Origin: Blepharisma stoltei ATCC 30299
Taxonomy: Eukaryota; Protista; Ciliophora
Assembly: GCA_965603825.1 (NCBI GenBank)
Contig: CBFDEM010000010.1
Span: 186,001-250,000 of the forward strand
DNA length: 64,000 nucleotides
Direction of reading: 5' to 3'
The notes under the pieces were generated by a model, which was not told the origin of the DNA, did no database searches, and saw nothing but the letters and a program-made list of their open reading frames with translations. Below are positions 25,001 to 34,734 of this stretch, piece after piece. A program made the position numbers and the translations under genes. Each line of letters opens with the position of its first letter. Within the stretch, counting starts at the first letter, position 1.

Positions 25001-27381
25001 GCGTATTCTTAAATCAGTCGAAAATCTATGATAAAAACTTAATATCAAATATCAGCTGAACTCTAGAAAATGTGCTTAATCAAACACCAAAACTTGATTT
25101 TGGGACTTATTCAGTGTTTCTGAAAGAAATTGATTTACTTTCATCACGAATTTATGAACTAAATAGCCTGCAAAATAATAGCACAAATCAGCTTTCCTTT
25201 TTTGAAAATTTTGATAAGTCATTTCAAGAAGCATCTACTAAGTATCAGATCACAACAAATCCCAACGAAAATTCCATCAAGTACAATGGGGAATTTTATA
25301 ATTCAACAATTGTTTCTAAGGATAAGAACACATTAAATACACCTATAAGTCTCGATAAAGTCGGACTTATAGCAAATTTTTATGTTGACACTTCTCAAGA
25401 TAATGACAACACAATCTATCATCAGTCGTTAATTTCATTTAACTCGATAGGGAATATCACAAGCAGCTTAATTTTAAACTCCTCAGCTTATAGTGCTACG
25501 ATTGGCTCTTGCTCTTTTCATAAGGATAATTGACAATTAGAGTCCTCAGATTTTAAAATAAATCAAGAGTTTAAATATCCATCCAGCATTAGTTCTCCCT
25601 TTATAAAGCCAAACATCACAAAAACAACTAGTGATCTTTATAGTCGAAATTACGAGCAAGTAAATGCATCCAATGTCGTTCTCGCTATTTCACCTTCACT
25701 TCTTAGCTCAGAAGGAGATTACTCGTGCCAAATATTAGACCAAAGCTCGAATATCTTTAGTGCATCCCAATGCAAAACAAAGCTGAATTCGGACCATTCA
25801 TATACATGTGAGTGCGAATTTTTAAATCTTATTTCATTGATTCCTTCTCCCGATGTTTACCCAGTAATTAAAAACATTTTGGGAAAAATCGAGCTAGAAG
25901 TGTATGAAGGATTTTCATGGATCACTTTTGCCATCTTTTCCTTGTTGACGATAATTTATTTGGTATTGCTGAGAGATTTAATCAGAATTGATAAATTTAC
26001 CCACAAGCTTTTAAAAAGAAAAGTAAAATCAATTATAGCCAAAATCAAAGATTCAATAAAAGATCAATTAAATTTACTCCAATCTAGGGAAAATATAGAT
26101 AATTGCTTCGAAAATGCTAAATTGTTGATTTACAAAGATGTAATCAATCATCTGTCTGATCCAAAAGAAAAAATGTTTTTGCCTAATTTGTTGACGAAAA
26201 AAAGGATAATGAAGCAGGCTAATGATAGTTTTATTGAAAGGGATTTGGCAAAGCTTATTTCTCGCATTAATGAGATGGACTTGGATGAAGATTTTCAAAG
26301 AATAAAAAATAGGCTTATTACTAAAAAAGGATATATGAGGAAAATTTACTATTATATAATGAAAATATTCAAAATAAAAGATCAAGATAAAATATTTTTT
26401 AGCGAAATTATTGAAAATGAAGCAAGAAAACTTGGCATTGAAATTGATTTTACTGAAGAACTAATTGAAAAGTTGTTGGAGTATTTGAAAAAGCCGAATA
26501 TCATTATGTACCAGCCAGAAGAACTTGAAAAGAAAGAAGATAAAAAAAATATAGCAGGCCTAATTTATTTAGAATTTAAAGGTCTACAAAATGTATTGGA
26601 AAATCGACGCGAAGATAAAACCCTGTATAATGAAAGCCGAATTGAAAATCTTATACCATACGATATTGAATTGAACTCTCAGTATAAATCAAACTGATAT
26701 TTTATATTCGTTTCTTATCTTCAGCGTAATATCCACAGTAATTTTGAGCCAGAGCATTCTTTTACTTATTATTTCCTCAAGGATAACTTAGTTTTAGGCT
26801 TAATTGGGTTCACAAACTTAAACTTCTCTCGAAAAGGAAGGCTTACCCTATTAATGGTCAGTCTTTTTATAAATACTTGGCTGACAATATTGCTTTTTGG
26901 CTCTGGTTATCATTTCGATAATCAAGAGCTGTATTATGGAATATCTAAATTACATGTTATCCTTTATGCTTTGTCCTTTGCAATTGGCTTAATTGTTACT
27001 ATTATAGCGATCTTTTTGCCAAGCAACTATTTAAAGGAAGAATTTTTAGCAAAAAAAGTATTCAAAAGCGTAACTTCAAGGATCTTCTATGGAGTAAGTT
27101 GGATCGTAATGATAATGCTTTTCATTACTGGCTGCATGGGAGCTAGTAAGCTGGATTTATATGACCAAGTAACTCTGACAAAAGAAATTTTTATGAACTT
27201 GTTTTTTGCTATTTTGTCAGAGGCTTTTGTTAAACCATTATGCTGGTGGTGCTATAAATGGTTCAAATATAATGAGCTAAGCCCAATTGTGGGAGTTTTA
27301 ATAAAGAGATTAAATTGTTGTAAGAAGCCAAGCAAAGGAATCCATGAAAAAAAGATTTTACCTGAAGCAGGAAAAATTTAG
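19054..27381 (+). CDS. polycystin-1-like surface protein B (signal peptide, 7 beta-sandwich repeats, furin-like Cys repeats, PKD/REJ, GPS-like, 5 TM), about 2775 aa
   Basis: Ten track ORFs in one frame, gaps contain only TGA; REJ motif NSPPQGGSFSITPTSGYSLDTKF..GWADPEQNKPLSY; collinear with gene A from the PKD domain to the C-terminus. Confidence 0.85.
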
Positions 27382-27534
27382 CAAGCCATATTTAAACTGC
27401 TTCCAGGTGATAATAATGGATAAATATACATTTAAAAATGATATAATGGCGAAATAATTTGATAAGACTAGTGGCAAATTAATTTTTTATTAATCAGGAG
27501 ATCTTTGCTAAAATAATTATTTTAGATTATACAG

Positions 27535-28458
27535 CTAGGGGAGATCATATTCGATATCTTCAATGTCTCTATCTACCCCTTCAACAATCCATCCTCCACA
27601 ATCATCGTCATATTCATCCTCCCAATCGCAATCCCAATCACATACTCTTGGTCTTCTATGGTGATGACATTTTGATTTATTTCCACATGTTGTGTTTGTG
27701 GTATTAGTTTGATTTGGACGTGGCGGAGGCTGTGTAGTAGTATTTGTTACATTAGATCCGTTCCCTGTCCCATTCGATCCGGTCCCATTAGATCCAGTTC
27801 CGTTTGAGCCAGTTCCATTAGATCCAGTTCCGTTTGAGCCAGTTCCATTAGAACCTGTTCCATTAGATCCAGTTCCATTTGAGCCCGTTCCATTAGATCC
27901 AGTTCCGTTTGAGCCAGTTCCATTAGATCCTGTTCCATTTGAGCCAGTTCCATTTGAGCCAGTTCCATTAGACCCAGTTCCGTTTGAGCCAGTTCCATTA
28001 GATCCAGTTCCATTTGAGCCAGTTCCATTAGACCCTGTTCCATTAGATCCAGTTCCATTTGACCCGGTGCCATTTGAGCCAGTTCCATTTGAGCCAGTGC
28101 CATTTGAGCCAGTTCCATTTGAGCCAGTTCCATTAGTTCCATTAGGAGGAGTAACTACGCCAGTGGAATTAACACAGAGACAGTCACAGCGACACGAAAA
28201 GCACTCGCAAGAACAAGAGCAGGAACAATTTCCAGGCCCTGATACATTTAAAGATGTTCGATTTACAGTGGGTACATATGTAGAATTTACAACACAGCAC
28301 GAGTCTACAGGAGGGGCTTCATCTTCTTCATCACATTCTACTTCCCAAAAGTCTCCATAGAAATGCCGGCACTTCACATGTGAACACTCATCAGATTTGC
28401 TACATTCTTGAGATGCCAAAGCACCTATCAATACTATGAGGAGGATTATTAATTTCAT
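27535..28458 (-). CDS. secreted Cys-rich glycoprotein with (SNGTG)24 repeat
   Basis: Signal peptide MKLIILLIVLIGALAS; CSCSCSCECFSCRCDCLC motif; repeat variation is confined to third codon positions in this frame. Confidence 0.9.
   Translation of the reverse strand: MKLIILLIVLIGALASQECSKSDECSHVKCRHFYGDFWEVECDEEDEAPPVDSCCVVNSTYVPTVNRTSLNVSGPGNCSCSCSCECFSCRCDCLCVNSTGVVTPPNGTNGTGSNGTGSNGTGSNGTGSNGTGSNGTGSNGTGSNGTGSNGTGSNGTGSNGTGSNGTGSNGTGSNGTGSNGTGSNGTGSNGTGSNGTGSNGTGSNGTGSNGTGSNGTGSNGTGSNGTGSNGTGNGSNVTNTTTQPPPRPNQTNTTNTTCGNKSKCHHHRRPRVCDWDCDWEDEYDDDCGGWIVEGVDRDIEDIEYDLP
27763..28122 (-). repeat. 24 x 15-bp coding tandem repeat (SNGTG)
   Basis: 360 bp; perfect peptide repeat with synonymous nucleotide variation. 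Confidence 0.95.
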
Positions 28459-28846
28459 CAGGTTGTTAATTATTAATGAAATTTTCAGACCATCAAAAAA
28501 TCTTATGAGAAAATGGCGTTCTGATACTGACCCGTACCAATGGTGTTAGAGGTTCATCTTTAATGCATTTATATATTTTTAGGACTCTTGTAGAAGAGTG
28601 TGGTTAATATTTAGCTTCTTAAATTTAAAATCTGTTAAAGAGCTAGAATTAATATGTTTTGGTGTAAAAGATATAATTAGAAATATTATTTCTCAAATTG
28701 ATAGAATCTTTAAAGAAAATCAGAATTTGCTATTTATTTGGTTTATTAGGAATGTAATGCTGAAATATTGGAAAATTAAAATTAATTTAATCGTTAGCAA
28801 ATAATTGCTAATCATGATTTTTATATATATTTTATCTCTTTAAGAT

Positions 28847-29149
28847 TTAAGAAGTGCAATTACAAGAACATTGGCACAAAAAACATTCACAAGAGCAGCC
28901 ACACTTACAATTCGCCCCAGCTGATGTCTGTAAGGCAAAATTATTTATTGAAGGCTTATAAGAAGTACTTTTGGCACAGCATCCATTATCTATAGGCAAA
29001 TATTCATCTTCATCAAATTCCACTTCATATAAATCCATAGTATAATGATGGCATTTTATACGTCTAAGGTTTTTTTCATCCACTTCATAATTTTGATCTC
29101 CAAATGAAATAAAGGTACCAAATAAAATAAGCAACAGTGCAAATTTCAT
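28847..29149 (-). CDS. small secreted Cys-rich protein, repeat-less paralog of 27535-28458
   Basis: Signal peptide; KCHHYTMDLYEVEFDEDE..CC..NCKCGCSCECFLCQCSCNC aligns with the neighbour; real ATG at 29149. Confidence 0.85.
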   Translation of the reverse strand: MKFALLLILFGTFISFGDQNYEVDEKNLRRIKCHHYTMDLYEVEFDEDEYLPIDNGCCAKSTSYKPSINNFALQTSAGANCKCGCSCECFLCQCSCNCTS

Positions 29150-29754
29150 CAAGTTTTAATTATTATTGATATTAACCAAAAAATTTTGATAAATGGCATT
29201 CTGATTAGCAATATTAATCTAAAACCAATATGGCGCAGCAGGATGTTTTCATAAACCCACAAAAAGAGAAGTGTAGATTGCCGCAAGCTGGTTACGATTG
29301 TCCTTGAAGATAATGGACAGACGAAGGACTTGCGATCGCACACCACCAGAGCTGAGATTGAATGTGGCTTTAGGTAGAAGCGATTAGAGCGGAAATAAAG
29401 GTTGTAAAGGAGAAAGCTGAAACAAATCACAAAATTACTCGCTCTTCGGGTATGGACTGTATACTTGTCGCTTGAAACAATAGAAGAGAAGGAAGCCAGA
29501 GCCTTGAAAATGGGAAACTTATCATATGTCCCCCGACTACTTAAGCCATACTGTTTAATAAATTAAACATTTAATGGTATTAGGGTCAATAAAAATTATT
29601 TGAATTACTTAGACTATTGAAATGCAAGAATAAGGCCATATATCAATTATTTGAATAATTTATTAAATTTGATAAGTAGAATTGATTATTTTATTTGGTT
29701 TACTTTATAGTTATGAAATAAGAAAATATAATAATAAAATAAGTAGATTTCAAA

Positions 29755-30366
29755 ATGCCTGTATTAAAAATTAGAAACACTGATCAGGTAAAAAAAGTTC
29801 GACTTAAATCATTAGACTGAGATTCGTTTACACAAATAATTAAGGATTCTTGCAATGTAGGAGATCTAGCAAGCTATAAAATCGTATGCAAAAGACCTAT
29901 TCCGGGGAAAATTTTTGCTAATCAAGCAGATTTAGATGAAATTCGTGATGAAAGCATGATCGATATAGAGCTCACATATCAAGATGAGTCTTTTATTTGT
30001 CAAGTATTCAAAGAAGTCTTATTACAGAAAGAGTCTCGGAATCACGTTTTAAATAGATTTATTGAAATTATTCGTCAGTTCCCATCAACAACTTTAGATG
30101 CTCTCGTGCCTCCCAGTATTGAGCGTTCCTTGCGAGATAAACTCGAGGAAATCTACCAAGAGGCCAGCACAAGAGCAAACCAACCGAAATTCGGCTTTAA
30201 ATTGATGTACGTTATGGAAGGAGGAAAGCAGTCATTGCGTGCTGTTCCTAATCAAGAGTGGATAAATTATTCTACAATGGATATTGATGTGCTCAGCAGG
30301 TCTCTCCCTCCAAATGTAATACAACGATTAAGCAACTCAAAGAAAGAAATTAAGACAAAAGATTAA
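29755..30366 (+). CDS. hypothetical protein with possible N-terminal PB1/ubiquitin-like domain
   Basis: ATG 29755 in frame with ORF 29956-30366 via one TGA; MPVLKIRNTDQVKKVRLKSLDWDSF resembles a PB1 start. Confidence 0.7.
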
Positions 30367-30454
30367 GAGTTGATATTAACTTAAGTCTAGGTTATATCAG
30401 AAACAAATAGATTTAATTTAAAATGGAATCAGGCAAATTAATCAAGAAATGATA

Positions 30455-31621
30455 TTATTCGTTAGCACTTTCCTGTGTCTTTGGCTGCTTGACTCTGTAT
30501 TTCCCTTGCTTTCCACCAGATTTGTCATATCTTGCATGAGTGTATGAAGTCTCAGCTTTTGCTTTGACTTCAGCAGGTGGTGGAGCGCTTGCCAGGATTT
30601 TTTTGCTTTCTTCATCATTACCCCATGCTCTTGTCTTTTTAGCTTTGGTTGCATCTTCTGCTTTTTCTTCGGTTTTAGTAGGCTCATATTCTTTTCTTGG
30701 CTGCTTTTTAGTATATCTTTGAGGTCTTTCTTGAGCTTCTTTCACAATTTCTTTTGGCTCTGCTTTTACTTCAACCTCTGCAGGTTTTTCTTCTTCAACT
30801 TGGCTATTTTCTTGCTCTTTTGCAGGCTCCTCTTGCTCTAGCTCCACTTCTTTTTTCTTTTCTTCTGCTTCCAATTGTCTTTTCTTCTCAAATTCTAGCT
30901 CTTTTGCCAAGGTATCAATAGGTTTTGCATTTCCAAAGGGGTTTGATTTTGGCTTTGGAGGTGGTGGCGGAGGTAATTTTTCTTCTTCCACTTTTTGAGG
31001 TTGATCTCCACTGGCTGCTATCACAATTTTGCTTGAATTGATAATTTTAGGCCTTTCTTTAGGTTTTTCTTCTATTTTTGGCTCATAAGCTTCATTATCA
31101 TATCGGTTCCTTTGTGATTGTGGGTACCTACCTCTCCCTGTTCCTCTTCTTGATCCTCTTCTGTCGCCTCTCCTTCCTCTACCTCGTCCTTGACCTCCTT
31201 CTCCATTTTCTTCCCTCAGATAAATGCTAATATCTCTGCCTCTGAGTGTCTTTCTATCTTTTTCAGCAATTTTCAAAGCAATTTCTTTATTTGATGTCTT
31301 TGCTCTTGCATTGCCTCTAAATCTATTTTTCTCATCTCTAGCCATCACTAAGTAAACTTCATCTTTCTCTTCCTCAGTGATACCGAAAAAGCTCCACAAA
31401 TCGTTTTCGCTTTTGCAATCAAAAGAAATGTTACAGAATTTGAAACAGTATGGAGGTTTAGAGCTTTCGATCTGACTTGATAAAGATTTTACAGGTTGGG
31501 GTGGGGCTTCTGTGAGGGGTTTTTGCTGCTGAGGAGCAGCTTCAGTTTTTGGAGCTGACTCCTCTTCAGACCATTCCTCTTCACTATCATCAGCCCAATT
31601 TGACCTTTTCGGTCCTTCCAT
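30455..31621 (-). CDS. eIF4B/4H-like RRM protein
   Basis: N-terminal NWADD, divergent RRM (PPYCFKFCNISF..RFRGNA), RG-rich linker, PKSNPFGNAKPIDT motif. Confidence 0.75.
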   Translation of the reverse strand: MEGPKRSNWADDSEEEWSEEESAPKTEAAPQQQKPLTEAPPQPVKSLSSQIESSKPPYCFKFCNISFDCKSENDLWSFFGITEEEKDEVYLVMARDEKNRFRGNARAKTSNKEIALKIAEKDRKTLRGRDISIYLREENGEGGQGRGRGRRGDRRGSRRGTGRGRYPQSQRNRYDNEAYEPKIEEKPKERPKIINSSKIVIAASGDQPQKVEEEKLPPPPPPKPKSNPFGNAKPIDTLAKELEFEKKRQLEAEEKKKEVELEQEEPAKEQENSQVEEEKPAEVEVKAEPKEIVKEAQERPQRYTKKQPRKEYEPTKTEEKAEDATKAKKTRAWGNDEESKKILASAPPPAEVKAKAETSYTHARYDKSGGKQGKYRVKQPKTQESANE

Positions 31622-31714
31622 TATAAACTGAAACAATGGTAAGATAAATGAAGCTCATATAGACTCTCTCAGTTGAATTTATCTAGATACTTATTTTATT
31701 TGAATACAATAAAT

Positions 31715-32563
31715 TTACCTGAAACTATAATATTTAAGCCGATTATCTTTATTGTCTGTGGGTCTAGTAATTTTCAATGGTTCTGAAGAATTGCCTAAAG
31801 TTGGATGGATGTAAGGGCATCCTTTTTTGGTGCAATTTCTCCCAAACTTGCATAAAGTCTAAATAAGTCCTACCTTTACGTGTCTGTATGGGCAGTCATC
31901 ACCATTTTTGCAGTTAGGATAAAATTCACACTAAGTTTTTCATACATTTTTGGTAGGATGCGCATAGCTGCAATGCAAGATGTCTGGACAATCGTGATAA
32001 TTTGGACATCTCTTTTTGGTTGATTGATCGATGCTTTCTTGTTTCTTTCATTCTGCAAATAATGCATGTAAATTTACAAGTGAGGCATCTTTAGGAGCTG
32101 ATAGTGAAAAATTATCAATTGCTGCTTTCAAACGAAACCTATCTATTGGTTTCGATAAAATTTCAATTAGAGCGTCGTTAGTCTTTAGCGGAGAATGAGC
32201 AAGTGAATTAATTGTCATGATCATGCTCTTGTAGTAGCTATTCTCCTTTAAAATGTGGGCAATACTTTCTTGAAGAAAGGCTTCTAAACATTTTATTCTT
32301 TTTAATGTAGTTTCTATAAGTGCTTGCTTTGATTTATTAAGTTTTTCAATTTTTTTCGAGAGTTTTTTAGTTATTTTTAGTCTACTTTCTTCTTTGATTG
32401 GAAGTCATGCTCTTTGCAAACCTGATTTTGCTCTTGGATGCTCCAAAGTATGCATATATGAATGTATTTCACAATAATAGCGTCTTGAATACTGACATGT
32501 GCACATCCAATCTGCTTGCTTTTTCTCTGCACAAATTGAGCAATAATAAAAGCCTTCCATCAT
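31715..32563 (-). CDS. B-box-like zinc finger + coiled coil + three CCCH fingers, paralog 1
   Basis: CSIC..CTC..CEIH..H..H; CPNYHDCPDILHCSYAH, CEFYPNCKNGDDCPYRH, CKFGRNCTKKGCPYIH; two TGA and introns 31931-31945 and 31859-31873; absent from the ORF track. Confidence 0.85.
31859..31873 (-). other. 15-nt intron
   Basis: GTAGGACTTATTTAG; in-frame TAG. Confidence 0.85.
31931..31945 (-). other. 15-nt intron
   Basis: GTATGAAAAACTTAG; in-frame TAG; same position as the intron in paralog 2. Confidence 0.88.
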
Positions 32564-32636
32564 TTATAAAAATCCTTTGTATAGATGGCACAATCACTAA
32601 TTATTGAGAAGAATATTAACAAGCTAAAATTTTAAT

Positions 32637-33491
32637 TTAAATCAAAGATTTCGTCGTTAAGTAATGATTTCGATTTACTCTCACACTTTGTAATGGCTTA
32701 GATTTCGAATTTCCTGACTTTTCTATCAATTCCACATGCAAATATTGGCATCCAACATTTCGGCAATTTTTACCATATTTGCAATTTGTCTGTTGAGCTA
32801 TTACTTTTATATGTCTATATTTGCATGCATCTCCATATTTACAATTTGGATAAAATTCGCACTAAATCAGACTTACTGTTTTCACTGGATGGGAAAAATT
32901 GCAATAAAGCAAATTTTTGCAATCATGATAATTTGGGCATCTTTCTTTTGATTTTTGATTGATGCTTTCTTGTTTTTTTCATTCAGAAAATAATGTCTTG
33001 AGATTTGTTACTGAGCTATCTTCAGGAGGCTTGCATTTATCTATTGCGTTTTTGATTTTTATTTTATCGAAGGGAATTGTTAATATCTCATAAATCTCAC
33101 ATTTGGCTTTGATTGGTGCTTCTTTTAATGAGCAGATGCTGTCTATCATATCTCTATAAAACTTCTTTTCTTTATTTGCTTTTACAAGCATTTCCTCAAG
33201 ATACTCTTGTAAAGCTTTTATTCTTTTGAGAGTTGTTTTTATGATATTTTTCTTTTCTTCTCTCAGCTTTTTTATTTGTTTTGCGAGTTTTTTCAAAACT
33301 TTTAATTTAGTTTCATCTTTGGCAGGCTGCCAAAGCTTTTTCAGACTTAAATTGCTGATTTTACTACCGTAGTGTTTGATCTTGTGCAGAGAAGAATGGG
33401 TTTCACAAAGAAAGTTGTTAGATCCTGTGCAATTGCATACTCATTCCGCTGCTTTCTGACCTGGGCATACTGAGCAATATAGACCTTCCAT
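32637..33491 (-). CDS. B-box-like zinc finger + coiled coil + three CCCH fingers, paralog 2
   Basis: Collinear with paralog 1 (MEGLYCSVC..WVCNC..CETH); intron 32862-32876; possible intron 32790-32804. Confidence 0.85.
32862..32876 (-). other. 15-nt intron
   Basis: GTAAGTCTGATTTAG; in-frame TAG. Confidence 0.88.
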
Positions 33492-33780
33492 TTACTAATT
33501 AATAAAATAATCTTTACTCATTTCAATTATAAATCACGTTCTCAATTCAAAACTCATTCAATGTGTATTAATTAAGAACACTACAATTAAATTTAGCCAA
33601 ATGCTGAAGAAACTTAACTAGTCCCAAAAATAGAAATTTATCTATATTTTGTGCCATTATAGGGGAGATTATTATCTTATCATTGAAGCTGTGTCAAAAG
33701 TATTTGAAAATAATAACCCAAAGAAACGCATATAGATGCAAAGCAAGCAATCACATTTAAAATAAAGTTCAACAATTTAT

Positions 33781-34635
33781 TTATAGCGGGCCAAACCGAA
33801 TGCAGTTATGATTAAGGTTTTCATCAATTTCAACGATCCCACCTTGATTTCCAAACAAAGAGCAATAATTTGATGCAGAAAAAATAGTCAGTACGTTGTT
33901 TTCATGAGACCACTTATATCCTTCCATCACAACTTCATGAGCTCTCACAATAAACTCTAACTTATTTCTGTGATTGAACTCTTGAGATATATCTTGCCCA
34001 AAAGTCTTGCCAATTCTGCTGCTCATTCCTCATCCACTTCTTTCATCAGGACCTGAATATAATAAATCACAAATTGCTCCTTCTTCAATATCCTTAATTC
34101 TATTTAAATTATTGATATCTTCTAATGTTTCACAAGATGGAGAAAGCCCTCCATGAATGCCAAAGATTTTGCCCTCTATAATTCCAGCTAAAGGAAAATA
34201 ATCAAATAAATCAGTAAAAAAATTTCAAACAGAAGCCGAGTGATATTTATGTAAGCATTCATCATAAAAGCCATATCATCTTGATATTGAGCGTGATTCA
34301 TGATTTCCTCTGGTGAGCATGATACAATCTGGATATCGGATTTTTAAAGCTATTAATAGAGATATCAATTCAACTGAATTTCTTCCTCGATCTACATAAT
34401 CTCCTATGAATAAGTAGTTTTTAGTTGGAATATGTCCTTTCATATTAAAAATTTCTATTAGATTGTTAAGTTGTCCATGAAAATCTCCACACACGATAAC
34501 TGGGGCTCTAACAAAAGCTACATTACTTTCTTTAATAAGAATTTCTTTACATTTATCACAAAGACTTTTGATTTCATTCTCAGTAATTGCTCTGCCATTA
34601 AGAAGCTGAGCAATTTTGCTCTCTATCTCTTCCAT
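33781..34635 (-). CDS. divergent PP2A-family Ser/Thr phosphatase catalytic subunit, about 284 aa
   Basis: GDFHG, GDYVDRG, RGNHE, HGGLSP, RAHE; three in-frame TGA, two aligning to Trp of the adjacent PP2A. Confidence 0.88.
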
Positions 34636-34734
34636 TTTATATAATAGGCATTATCAGATATATTAGATTAACAAAGAACTTTCATTATCGTGTAAAAAAT
34701 GTTTAAGACGAGATTATTTAACTGATTTATTATT

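Noticed and set aside
27763-28122. CRISPR array or telomeric repeat
   Set aside because: Head-to-tail 15-mers with no spacers, inside a eukaryotic CDS
27747-28360. Alternative-frame repeat ORFs (MELAQ.., PFEPV..)
   Set aside because: Shadows of the SNGTG repeat; only the SNGTG frame has a signal peptide and synonymous-only variation
27535-28458. Identification as gamone 1 (blepharmone)
   Set aside because: Only a similar size; I recognise no sequence similarity and do not recall gamone 1 having such a repeat
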